From positions 6,014,001-6,078,000 of the forward strand of contig CATNEN010000001.1 in NCBI GenBank assembly GCA_950097015.1: DNA of 64,000 bases, given 5' to 3'. The translations under genes were made by a program, and so were the position numbers. Position 1 is the first letter of the stretch. Each line of letters starts with the position of its first letter. The stretch comes from Macrostomum hystrix. Lineage: Eukaryota > Animalia > Platyhelminthes. Of the stretch, positions 12,268 through 23,834 are shown piece after piece. The notes below the pieces were generated by a model. It was given only the letters and a program-made list of their open reading frames with translations. It was not told where the DNA came from and did no database searches.

Positions 12268-13965
12268 ATGTCGAAGGATTCACTGGAAGCTACAGAGAGT
12301 TTGCTATCTGAGTCCGACTCACCCAAAACTGCGCTTTGTAGTTCTTATTCGTGTAAGAATCCACTAATCGGCATCGGACCGGTCTCAGGTCTGAGTCTAT
12401 GCTCCAAGCATCTAGAACTAGACGAGTCCAAAGCTGCTGTGAGACATGCCAACGTCCTGCGCAACCTTCGTCTGCTCAGGGAGCCAGCGGAGAGGCAGCA
12501 GGCATTGAAGCAGGAGTTTGAAACGCTCCACTGTCAACTAAATGATGTTCGCGACGCTTTTGAGGCGATGCGAGAAAGTATTGAACTCTGGTCAGATAAA
12601 GTGGTCTGGAGCCTGCAACAGGCACAGGACTGGGTAGCTAGGAAGCTCAACGACACAGTTGAAGCGATGGACTGCGAGAAGGAACTCACCATGGCGCATG
12701 GCTCGGATTGCGACAAACGCAGAATGATGGAGCTTGTCAAGTCGGCCGAATTGTGGTTAGACGAGGCTAACGAAAGGTCGACAGTGTTTAGGCGCACTCG
12801 TGGATCCACCGGCCATCTGGTTGTTGCAGTCCAGCAGCTGCAGCAGATGATTGACGGGCACATCACCCAAGTGAATGCACCACAGGCGGAAAATGCTGTA
12901 AGACCGCCCATACGACCTGCTATTGTAGCAACTGAGTCTAGTGCACTGCCACTTTACCCAGTAGTAATCGATGACACAATTACTGGCCCATACCGACAGG
13001 CGAGTGCGCCCCCGCCACCTCCACAGGTTTGTAGATTAATCACTTCAATTGATTCTCTGCCAAGCGAGCCATATCAAGTGGCGGTGTGCCATAACACAAT
13101 TGGCTTTGCGTTCGACTCAAGCAACCGAGTTGTCAAGTTGAATTCACCAGAAGTTGATCAGTATCTTCCGCTGCCTCAGCCAAGCATCTTTATCTCTTTC
13201 TTTCCCGAGTGTGTTGACTATCTTCTTGTGACGTCGCTCAGTGGCCACGTTAAAATAACGTTTCGCTGCAACATCGACTGGTCCGTGTGGATCAACGGTC
13301 TTCACTACGATAATTCTCGCCAATCGCTGTTTATAGCGCAGGCCAACACGGTGACTGTGACGACACTATGCGGCGAGGTGACTCGTGTCATGTCCAGACA
13401 TACTCTAGGCCAAACTATTGACTGGATAAGCAGCATCGCTGGCTCGGAGGAACGCATTTTCATTCTCGACATCGGTAAAAATGTCATTCTCTGTGTCAAC
13501 AAGGAGTCTGGCTTACTAGTGTGCGCAGTCAGTGGTGACGGTATTAGCAGCAGCTGCGGCGGAATGCACGAGCTGGCTCAAGATGGAGACACACTGCTGG
13601 TGGCTGTCCGGAACGGGCATGTGTACCAATTAAGCATGTCGGACCCAAACCGCGTACTTGGCTCCATGTTGAACGTCTTTCAGCAGCCTCCTTGGAAAAT
13701 GGCAACCGACATCGCTCGGCAACTTCTATTCGCTAGCGAACCTGAAAACAGCGCCGTGTCAGTGTTTCACATTGGCGACTTTAAGGGACCTCCTCGACTG
13801 TTGCAAACGCTCGCCGGGTCAAGTTCAAGCGTCAACGCTGGCGGCAGTCGGATGCGTCCGCATGGTCTCGCCTTTATCCAGCTGTCCGCAGATAGCGACT
13901 TGTCGAGACGGCTGGTAGTCGCTGACAGCGCCAAGATGAAGCTTCTGGTGTATGAGATCGTGTGA
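12268..13965 (+). CDS. Intronless 565-aa protein: Cys/His (B-box-like) motif, coiled coil, Pro-rich linker, C-terminal beta-propeller (TRIM-NHL-like, no RING)
   Basis: Long ORF with coding-like composition; C-x4-C...LCSKH near the N-terminus; heptad region ~aa 60-200; PPPPP linker; propeller-blade-like motifs (PYQVAV, RIFILDIGKNVI, QLLFASEPENSAVSVF, RPHGLAF...RLVVADSAKMKLLVY). Family assignment is by pattern only. Confidence 0.75.
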   Translation: MSKDSLEATESLLSESDSPKTALCSSYSCKNPLIGIGPVSGLSLCSKHLELDESKAAVRHANVLRNLRLLREPAERQQALKQEFETLHCQLNDVRDAFEAMRESIELWSDKVVWSLQQAQDWVARKLNDTVEAMDCEKELTMAHGSDCDKRRMMELVKSAELWLDEANERSTVFRRTRGSTGHLVVAVQQLQQMIDGHITQVNAPQAENAVRPPIRPAIVATESSALPLYPVVIDDTITGPYRQASAPPPPPQVCRLITSIDSLPSEPYQVAVCHNTIGFAFDSSNRVVKLNSPEVDQYLPLPQPSIFISFFPECVDYLLVTSLSGHVKITFRCNIDWSVWINGLHYDNSRQSLFIAQANTVTVTTLCGEVTRVMSRHTLGQTIDWISSIAGSEERIFILDIGKNVILCVNKESGLLVCAVSGDGISSSCGGMHELAQDGDTLLVAVRNGHVYQLSMSDPNRVLGSMLNVFQQPPWKMATDIARQLLFASEPENSAVSVFHIGDFKGPPRLLQTLAGSSSSVNAGGSRMRPHGLAFIQLSADSDLSRRLVVADSAKMKLLVYEIV

Positions 13966-14533
13966 CAGTATTTTAACTAAAGAACAAATTACCGTATTGA
14001 CGCCAATCTTATAGCTAGAATACGAATGCACGCTTTTTTTGTACTCTTGGGTACATAAGCAACGTTTCAAGGGGGTTATGAAACGTTTCTGAACTGTTTT
14101 TTTATTATTATTAACTGAGGCCAATTTTCTCTAATTGAGCAGAAAATGCATATTGCGATCCATGTTTTATCGAGACATTTTTACAATATATTTTATTATA
14201 CACGACTGTATGCGACTAGACATCGAATCATTGTTTGATTGCCTCAACACCATTTAGTCGCAGATACTGAGTCTAGTGCTCTCCGAAAAGTTGAGAAAGT
14301 AAAAAACATTGCCGAACCCGCTACTCTGCAAGGCTGCCCACCTTTGCTGCTAACATATTTTGCTACTAAAATTCTAAGGGCGGGAGCTTAACTGATAAGG
14401 GAAAGCAAAGCCGGATAATGAAAAAATATTTTAAAAGTCTATATAGCTAAAAAGACTGATAAGTTGTGAGCTCGCTAGCTTTTTTTAACTCTCTACCATT
14501 GTGCAAAACAAAACCTGGTCGAACTTATTAGTA

Positions 14534-17500
14534 ATGCGTCGATGGAATAGCGCTCAACTTGCAGAAATGCAGCAGCAGCAGCAAAATGTGAGACAGCCAA
14601 ATCAGCAGCGTCATCAGCAACCTTTTCCAGCGACATCTCTTGCCCTCAGGCGGATGCTGTCGCTACAACGGCCCCATAATTTTTTAAGAAACAACCTACC
14701 TTCACAGGCGACACAGGCTGCCACAGCGAAGCCACAGGAGATGATGAATCTGCCAAAGTCAGCGCCGCAGACGCCACCACCGCTCCCGCCTAGAGGTTCA
14801 AGACGCCCAAGAACTGCAAGTGAGTTCTCTTCCATTGTGCTGGATGTAAATCGGCTGTTCGAACATCACAGCCACCGCCCAAGGAGCGGCACAGCTTCAT
14901 CGACATCATCATCATTGAGCAGCTCAAAGTCGTCGACTCACGACAATTCCGATGGGGCTGAATCCGACGACGAAGGAGCCTCTGAGGAGGACGATGAGGA
15001 CGAGAAAGAATTAGTCTTTGAGGCGGATGAGAACAGGGTAGCTATCGAGGTGAGAGTCGAGGTGGCTGGAACTGGTGCCAGAGTGGAACCTTCAGCGGCC
15101 ACTGATGCCGCTGCGGCAGCGGCAGAAGTAAGAGAAGCCGAAGAAGCCGAGGATGTGTACACGGAAATCCCACTGCGTCACGGCAACCTGCTGACGCTTA
15201 GTCCGCGTCTTGTGATGCAGCCTCACCTGCCGCAACATCAGACAAGGCCACAGTCCTACGGCCAGTCGAGGGAATTTCTCGACACCCTCGAGACGCTGAA
15301 AACGCCAACCCTGCCAGACTCGGATCAGGACTCCCCAACTGTGTACACCACGGACTGTGAGGATCGCTCTTATTATCATTTAGGACATAGATTACGCAAT
15401 CACTCGTCACTGCTGTTGTCAGGCGGTGAAGAAAGCGTCTACTCAGGTGTGTCACGACTCGATCCTCCGCACATGAACAGGTGAGCGATGAGTAATCTAT
15501 CGATGTGAATACATTTTTATAGGGCTAGAATTAAAGATATTCAATGGAATCCGAGATTAAACTTTCATGCTGTGCAGGTGGGCCTCGCCGGTGCCGAACT
15601 CGCATCAGCTTCTGTCAGCAGGTGCGAATGATCAGTCGGGCCTCAGGCGCATGTCGCCATCGCCTCGCATCTCGGTGGTCAGTCAGCCGGCGGCACTTAC
15701 GGCTAGTCGACCATCGTCCGCCGTTGAGCGCAAAGTTTCTAGAGCGTCACGTGCCTTAAAGCTGAATTACGAGTTTCACACGTCGAGCGGCAAGGTGTCA
15801 CTGCAGAAGCTGGGCTCCCAGAGCCTGGCCCGGCTAGAGGATCTGGCGCAGGTTGGCAGCAAGGAGCAAGGCACCAACTACAAGCGCAGCTATGTTTCAC
15901 TTTACCAGCCCTTGCATCCGCTCTTCCTGGCCATGAAGATTTTCGGCGCGTTCCACACTCGACAGAACAACGGCAAGGCGGCGGCCAAGTTCACGCACAG
16001 CTACATCTACTCCGGCTGCGTGATGCTGGCCATGTGGTTCAACGTGGCCAGATACTTGTTCGTCTACGACTGGGGTCAAGAACAGTTCGACTCGCTGATG
16101 TTTCTCAAGCTAACACACCACACGATCTACATCCAGTCGGCGGTTGCGCTCACGGTCATGTTTAAAGCGTCCGGCAAGTTCCCAAGCTTCTTCAAGGCCT
16201 GCCACGAGTTCATGAGTCGGCGGCACAGCCTCACGTATCGGTACACGCTGGCTAGACGAGCCAAAGTCTCAGCGATAACTGGCGTCTTCGTGGTCGCTTT
16301 GGAAGTCACAGTGTTCTTGGTATGGGCTACACAAACGGACGGCGAGTACTACAAGACCTTCCTGAGGCCGTACACCCTCGTGATACCGTGGAACAACACC
16401 TCAAAGGGTGTCCTTGGCTTCTTCTACTTGGCCTTCGACACATTCATGGCTGCTGCCTGGGTGTTCCCGGCGCTGCTATTCTGCAACTTCACATGGATTT
16501 TTGAGCGCGAATTTCGCTACCTGGCCCACCGGCTGCGCCTGGCCTGTACCAACGATCACATCTTCGTTGGCGACATTGAAAAGTTCCGGCTGGAGTCCTG
16601 GCGCATCAGCAAGCTAGTGTCTGGCTGTGATCAGCTGTTCAACTTCTACGTATTCACTGTGTTTATCACAGACATCCTAAGCGTCTGCCTCATTCTCTAC
16701 AATCTCATTGTGGGTAGCTTCCCCGGAAGTGGCATTGTGATCGAGGTCTGGTTCTGGCTGGGCTTCGCTATGCTGCGTTTGTTCGGCGTCACTATTTCGG
16801 CTTCCAGGGTTAATCAGGCGGTGAGTAGCGTCAACTGATTGACCTTCAATTGACATTCAGGCACGGGCTAAGAAAGACACGGGAGAGATGAGACACGGGA
16901 GAGATGAGACACGGAGAGATGAGACACGGAGAGATAAGACAAGGGAGAAATGAGACACGCGAGAGATGAGACACGGGAGGGATGAGACACGGGAGAGATG
17001 AGACACGGGAGAGATGAAACACGGGAGAGATGAGACACGGGAGAGATGAAACACGGGAGAGATGAGACACGGGAGAGATGAGACACGGAGAGATGAGACA
17101 CGGAGAGATGAGACACGGGAGAGATGAGACAAGGGAGAAATGAGACACGCGAGAGATGAGACACGGGAGAGATGAGACACGGGAGAGATGAGACACGGGA
17201 TAGATGAGATATGAGAGGTGAGACATGAGCCAGGGACGAGCAGGTGTAGTATTTAGGAGCTGTCTGGGATGCATCTTGGCTTGGAAGTTGCTAAACTGCG
17301 TCTTGAATCTTGAATGTGTCTACTTTTAAAACCTGTATTACACAATCAAGGCCTGCTCTCCACTAAACGTCATCCAGAACATGAACCTGAAAGACTACGC
17401 GGTCAATCCAGCAAAGATTGGCCAGGTGAGCTAAGTTATAAAACAGGTTGACATTATAATATTGTCGTGATGTGATCCATTATGCATATCATTCATATTA

Positions 17501-19018
17501 CTATTCCAGCTAATGATCTTTCTAAACAAGCTCACCATTGGTAATATTGGTTTCACAGCCTGGAATCTGTTCACATTGTCAAGAACGTCGACTATGACCG
17601 TAAGATCTAACGCTATAGCGGTTGCTTGTGTTACTGAATGGGTGGCAGCACATGAGGTCAAGTTAAAAGTTTTAGCAGACCAAAAGTTGGTTTGAGAAAC
17701 ACTCGGTCTATAAAAAACAAGATTGCCATTATTTTTTCAGTCAAAATTAGATAAGAATCAAGATACAGATTACTGTTATTAAAAAAACGAAGTCGCGCAA
17801 ACGATCGCTTCAACCTTAAACCACGAATCAAAGTCTGCATTTCGCAGGTAAAACGAAAAATACTAAAAAGCAATGTAGAAAGTATCAGAAACTTGATGCT
17901 GGTAAAATCTAAAAAAATTGCGACGAGTTAAAAAAAGTGATTCACATTTAGGGTTTAACTTAAAAACTACCGGTGACTTCTAAGGTCGACTCTTTTAGTA
18001 ATGGTTCAGGATGAGTTGATGAGGTGCTGGGTGAGTTGATGAGGTGCTGGATGAGTTGATGAGGTGCTGGATGAGTTGATGAGGTGCTGGGTGAGTTGCT
18101 GAGGTACTGGATGAGTTGATGAGGTGCTGGATGAGTTTATGAGGTACTGGATGAGTTGATGAGGTGCTGGATGAGTTTATGAGGTACTGGATGAGTTGAT
18201 GAGGTGCTGGATGAGTTGATGAGGTGCTGGATGAGTTGATGAGGTGATGGATGAGTTGATGAGGTGATGGATGAGTTGATGAGGTGCTGGATGAGTTGAT
18301 GAGGTACTGGATGAGTTGATGAGGTACTGGATGAGTTGATGAGGTGCTGGATGAGTTGATGAGGTGCTGGGTGAGTTGATGAGGTGCTGGATGAGTTGAT
18401 GAGGTACTGGATGAGTTGATGAGGTACTGGATGAGTTGATGAGGTGCTGGATGAGTTGATGAGGTGCTGGGTGAGTTGATGAGGTGCTGGATGAGTTTAT
18501 GAGGTACTGGATGAGTTGATGAGGTGCTGGATGAGTTGATGAGGTGCTGGATGAGTTGATGAGGTGCTGGATGAGTTGATGAGGTACTGGATGAGTTGAT
18601 GAGGTGCTGGATGAGTTGATGAGGTGCTGGATGAGTTGATGAGGTGCTGGATGAGTTGATGAGGTACTGGATGAGTTGATGAGGTACTGGATGAGTTGAT
18701 GAGGTGCTGGATGAGTTGATGAGGTGCTGGATGAGTTAATAAAGGTGCTTGATGAGTTGATGAAATGTCAGATGACTCGATTGGATACAGCTTTACAAGC
18801 AGAGTTGACAGTTTCTCAAGGCACCCGCATCATCTCACCCACAGATAGCCGCATTGATAATCACCTACACAGTGCTATTTGTCAAGCTGGGAGCTACATA
18901 TGGACAAGATGACCGCCTCAAGCCTCCAAGAACCACCAGCAGTCCCGGCTTCGCTACTACACTCATCAACAATGGAAGCGTGGGAGACAGTACAACCTCT
19001 TTCTTAACCTACTACTGA
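14534..19018 (+). CDS. Gustatory-receptor-like (GRL/7tm_7) seven-transmembrane protein, ~842 aa, 5 exons
   Basis: Exons 14534-15480, 15578-16820, 17351-17425, 17510-17599, 18845-19018, all GT-AG with phases 2,0,0,0. Hydrophobic helices start after L..PLF..MKIFG; GR-family C-terminal signature IGFTAWNLFTLSR and TYTVLFVK (TYhhhhhQF-like); three phase-0 introns near the C-terminus, as in the GR superfamily. The start codon is the least certain part. Confidence 0.85.
16870..17230. repeat. Intronic purine-rich minisatellite, 16-bp unit (GAGACACGGGAGAGAT)
   Basis: Tandem copies in GRL intron 2; same family as 35130-35490 (reverse complement). Confidence 0.95.
18008..18760. repeat. Intronic minisatellite, 20-bp unit (GAGGTGCTGGATGAGTTGAT)
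   Basis: Tandem copies in GRL intron 4; related to the 42725-44670 unit. Confidence 0.97.
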
Positions 19019-19028
19019 ACTGATATTT

Positions 19029-20438
19029 GGACAGAACAGCCATCCTGTTAGACAGAACAGCCACTCTGTTAGACAGAACAGCCATCCTGTTAGACAGAAC
19101 AGCCATCCTGTTAGACAGAACAGCCATCGTGTTAGACAGAACAGCCATCCTGTTAGACAGAACAGCCATCCTGTTAGACAGAACAGCCACTCTGTTAGAC
19201 AGAACAGCCACTCTGTTAGACAGAACAGCCATCCTGTTAGACAGAACAGCCACTCTGTTAGACAGAACAGCCATCCTGTTAGACAGAACAGCCATCCTGT
19301 TAGACAGAACAGCCATCCTGTTAGACAGAACAGCCACTCTGTTAGACAGAACAGCATTCTGTTAGACAGAACAGCCACTCTGTTAGACAGAACAGCCATC
19401 CTGTTAGACAGAAAAGCCACTCTTTTAGACAGAACTGCCATCCTGTTAGACAGAACAGCCACTCTGTTAGACAGAACAGCCACTCTGTTAGACAGAACAG
19501 CCACTCTGTTAGACAGAACAGCCACTCTGTTAGACAGAACAGCCATCCTGTTAGACAGAACAGCCATCCTGTTAGACAGAACAGCCACTCTGTTAGACAG
19601 AACAGCCACTCTGTTAGACAGAACAGCCACTCTGTTAGACAGAACAGCCACTCTGTTAGACAGAACAGCCATCCTGTTAGACAGAACAGCCATCCTGTTA
19701 GACAGAACAGCCATCCTGTTAGACAGAACAGCCACTCTGTTAGACAGAACAGCCATCCTGTTAGACAGAAAAGCCACTCTGTTAGACAGAACAGCCACTC
19801 TGTTAGACAGAACAGCATTCTGTTAGACAGAACAGCCATACTGTTAGACAGAACAGCATTCTGTTAGACAGAACAGCCACTCTGTTAGACAGAACAGCCA
19901 TCCTGTTAGACAGAAAAGCCACTCTGTTAGACAGAACAGCCACTCTGTTAGACAGAACAGCATTCTGTTAGACAGAACAGCCATACTGTTAGACAGAACA
20001 GCATTCTGTTAGACAGAACAGCCACTCTGTTAGACAGAACAGCCATCCTGTTAGACAGAATAGCCACTCTGTTAGACAGAACAGCCATCCTGTTAGACAG
20101 AACAGCCACTCTGTTAGACAGAACAGCATTCTGTTAGACAGAACAGCCATACTGTTAGACAGAACAGCATTCTGTTAGACAGAACAGCCACTCTGTTAGA
20201 CAGAACAGCCATCCTGTTAGACAGAAAAGCCACTCTGTTAGACAGAACAGCCACTCTGTTAGACAGAACAGCATTCTGTTAGACAGAACAGCCATACTGT
20301 TAGACAGAACAGCATTCTGTTAGACAGAACAGCCACTCTGTTAGACAGAACAGCCATCCTGTTAGACAGAATAGCCACTCTGTTAGACAGAACAGCCATC
20401 CTGTTAGACAGAATAGCCACTCTGTTAGACAGAACAGC
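19029..20438. repeat. Minisatellite, 21/20-bp unit (CTGTTAGACAGAACAGCCACT and variants)
   Basis: Tandem array starting ~10 bp after the GRL stop codon; source of the spurious MAVLSNR and LFCLTEW ORFs. Confidence 0.97.
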
Positions 20439-21584
20439 ACATGAAAATGACATCATGTAAACTTTTACATATAATCGACAGATGAAATACACATATATAA
20501 ACTTACCAAAATTTTTTAAAGCCATAGGCAAAAAAATAAAAAAAGACATGGTGTTTGACGCTAAAAAACACAAAAGAACCGTTAAAATCCAATTAATTTT
20601 TTTTAAAATAAATTGTCTTGAATAATGATGTACTTTTTTAGTAAGTTTATTTATATACATCAAGTATAGATAAGGGTAAACAACAAAAACTCTAACTATA
20701 AATATACTTGAATATTTCAGCCGTACAAGCAAGAGAGATGATAAAAGTACAGACAAAAAAGATAAACTGCCTTGCAGCTGTTAGATGAAGTGATTCATTG
20801 ACAGAAAATAATGTATAAACATGTCAATGAATGTAAAAACACTGTCAAAAACAACAATATCTAATTTAAAGTGGTTAAACCAATCTATTAGTAAACTGTA
20901 CAGTTACATATATATACGATTAAAAAACGAAATAGTTAAGACAGTTCAATAAACCAGCTACTGCTTTGCTAGATGTTAGTAGCAATATAAGAGTTTTTCG
21001 TTATTTTGCTCCAACTCAAACAAAAACGTAATTTTAAACTTCTTTACCGCTAAACACCTTTAAAAAAATAAATATTCGTGAGACTGCAAGTACAACAACA
21101 AACAAAACAACAGCAAATATAAGCTGAAGTACAACAGGTTATAAGCCACACCTAGTACGAGCTAGATAAACATAAGCAGCATAATAATATCATGACGCGA
21201 GACAGGAAAGGAAAGACGAGGAAAAGAGAAGACAAAAAAAGCAGATTTCCCGGTAAGAGAGAGATATGGAAGAAGTAAAGCGTGAAGTGAAAAAAATGCC
21301 AAGTACAATTATTATCAAGAACATGACAACACAAAACTGACTAACTTGGAGCATGTTATCGAAGAAGAAATTTGAAAATAAAATCCTTTTAAAAATGTTC
21401 ACGGAACGAATCTAGTGTAGCAGCGTATTTTGTTAATTCTAAGGGACTAAAAAAATTAGCAATTTAGTAGCTCAAGAAAATCGGCGACTTTTGGAATTTT
21501 TTCGACTCGAGAAGGTCAAAGAAATAGGAAAATTAAAGGTGTTAAAATAGGCGACTAAATAAGCTGCAAATTTCACAAAAATCT

Positions 21585-21905
21585 GTGACTTTAGGATAAT
21601 CTACGACTTCAGGATTATCGGTGACTTTAGGATAATCTACGACTTCAGGATTATCGGTGACTTAAGGATAATCTACGACTTGATTATCGGTGACTTTAGG
21701 ATAATCTACGACTTCAGGATTTTCGGTGACTTTAGGATAATCTACGACTTGATTATCGGTGACTTTAGGATAATCTACGACTTCAGGATTTTCGGTGACT
21801 TTAGGATAATCTACGACTTCAGGATTATCTGTGACTTTAGGATAATCTACGACTTCAGGATTATCGGTGACTTAGGATAAACGGCTACTTTAGGATTTTC
21901 GGCGA
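21585..21905. repeat. Minisatellite, dimeric 18+18-bp unit (GACTTTAGGATAATCTAC / GACTTCAGGATTATCGGT)
   Basis: Tandem copies downstream of the Rab4 stop codon. Confidence 0.93.
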
Positions 21906-22099
21906 CAATCGAAAGTCGCTGATTTCAGTGTCAGTATTATGTTAGGTTAATTGTGAACTTACGAAAATTGACGATTGTTTAAATTAGAGACTTGAATAAT
22001 CTGGCGACAGAAGTAACATTACAAATACAAAGTTGTACAGTGTTTCTGCAACCATGTCCGACAATAGGCCAACGAAATGAAATTGATGAATTAACGAAA

Positions 22100-23161
22100 T
22101 CAACACTGGCAATTATCCAGAGGTCCGCTGCCGCCGCCGCTGCCACCGCCACCGCCCAGGTTTCTAGACGAGCGAGGAGCCGTGAACTGTACCCCGGAGC
22201 CCAACCGTTCGGGATCTACCTCGCCAGATTCAATCTTGGACAGGATAGACCTGGCGCAGTGGCCAAAGGCGTCTTCAACATTTTCGCCAGTTTTTGCCGA
22301 AGTCTCCATGAACAGCAGGCAGTTCTGCTGGGCGAACTGGGACGCCTCCAAGAGGGTCACCTCCCGCTCAGCGTCCAGATCCCGCTTGTTGCCAATCATC
22401 ACGATGGCAATGTTCGGGCTAGCCAAGCTGCGAGCATCGCTAAGCCAGTTGCTGAGGGCATTGTAGGAGTCGCGCGAGGTCACATCGTAGACTAGGAGGG
22501 CTCCGGCGGCGCCGCGGTAATAGGACCGCGTCACGGACTTGAAACGCTCCTGGCCTGCCGTGTCCCAGATCTGGGTGGGCAGGGGTGACGATTATCGTGG
22601 ATTACTCTCTACCTATCCGAGTCTACTCTCTCTACCCATCCTAGTCTACTCTCTCTACCCATCTTAGTCTACTCTCTCTACCCATCCTAGTCTATTCTCT
22701 CTACCCATCCTAGTATACTCTCTCTACCCATCCTAGTCTACTCTCTCTACCTATCCTAGTCTACTCTCTCTACCCATCCTAGTCTACTCTCTCTACCCAT
22801 CCTAGTCTCTCTTACCTTCCTAATCTACCTACCCTGTCTACCCTGTCTACCTCATTTAGTCTAACCTGTCTACCCCCTTTAGTCTATCCCATCTTACTCC
22901 CCTAGGTCCCATTCATATCACAGGTCGGGTAAAACTAAATCAAAGCGCAAAGCTGAAGCACAGAACACCCACCTGGAGCTTCACAGTGCGACCATTCACG
23001 GTGATAATTTTGCTGCCAAATTCGACGCCAATTGTGTGAGTAGAATCGGCTTTGAATTTGCGCTCGAGAAACTGGTGCAACAGGCAGGACTTGCCTGTGC
23101 CCGCAGAGCCGATAATTAGAAATTTGAACAGGTACTCGTAGGGATCAGCTGATGATGCCAT
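22100..23161 (-). CDS. RAB4: Ras-related protein Rab-4, 219 aa, 2 exons
   Basis: Exons 23161-22973 and 22570-22100 (phase 0, KLQ|[10 protein letters not shown]). Motifs [61 protein letters not shown]; C-terminal CQC prenylation motif; Rab4-type PER.GSG.Q tail. Confidence 0.95.
22605..22900. repeat. Intronic minisatellite, 23-bp unit (CTACTCTCTCTACCCATCCTAGT)
   Basis: Fills the Rab4 intron; decays toward 22900. Confidence 0.93.
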
Positions 23162-23834
23162 TGGATCTGGAATTTGCTTCAATAAGAATTTTTTAACAGA
23201 AAGAATGGAGGGTCTTGGGTTCGAATCCGGAAGGTCCGATTATAGAAACACAAAGTCAAAACAAAAGATCCTAAATAAAGATACGATTTCTGTAACTATC
23301 TGTCTCTCCAAATGTATTATTAGGGGTCGAGTCATTGCTGTTATGCCTTATTAACTAGTTAATAATACTACTTACGACTGGAAGTAGTAATATACATAAG
23401 AAGGTCAAACAAATGAAAACGGTCGTAACAAAGTTTTGAAAAAAACGGTGCATAAAAGCAGACTTATTTATTATTTAATGCTTTTGGCTAATTAACTGAG
23501 CCGGCAAGGTGTAAAGGTTAGAATAAAATTTACGAACAATTTACTTTAAAGTGAATTTCGGCTAAAGAAAATGCTGAGCCTTAAAAGTAACAAGTCATCC
23601 AATGTGACTTGCACACATATTTTAAACTCGCGACGAAATTAAAATAAAACTATTAGAAACACTTTTTTAGTAATAAATGCCAAGTACTCGTATTTTTAGC
23701 GGTTATTAGAAATGATTAATACTTTTCGATACATTTATCGTTTGCACAATGACATGCAAAAAGTTTAAACACAAACAATGACGCACTGGATTTTTTCTAT
23801 ACATATCGCTTGAGGTGAAGCAAAGCAATGAGTT

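Noticed and set aside
18966-20756. ORFs of MAVLSNR / LFCLTEW repeats
   Set aside because: Translations of a 21-bp tandem repeat
21150-21420. Lys/Glu-rich coding-like plus-strand stretch (similar stretches at ~27340-27710 and ~30250-31100)
   Set aside because: Interrupted by stops with no identifiable domain; possibly decayed retroelement ORFs, but not supportable
21992-22495. 167-aa plus-strand ORF
   Set aside because: Antisense shadow of Rab4 exon 2
23205-23235. B-box-like GGTTCGAATCC upstream of Rab4 (similar fragment at ~35830)
   Set aside because: No A box or cloverleaf; isolated motif
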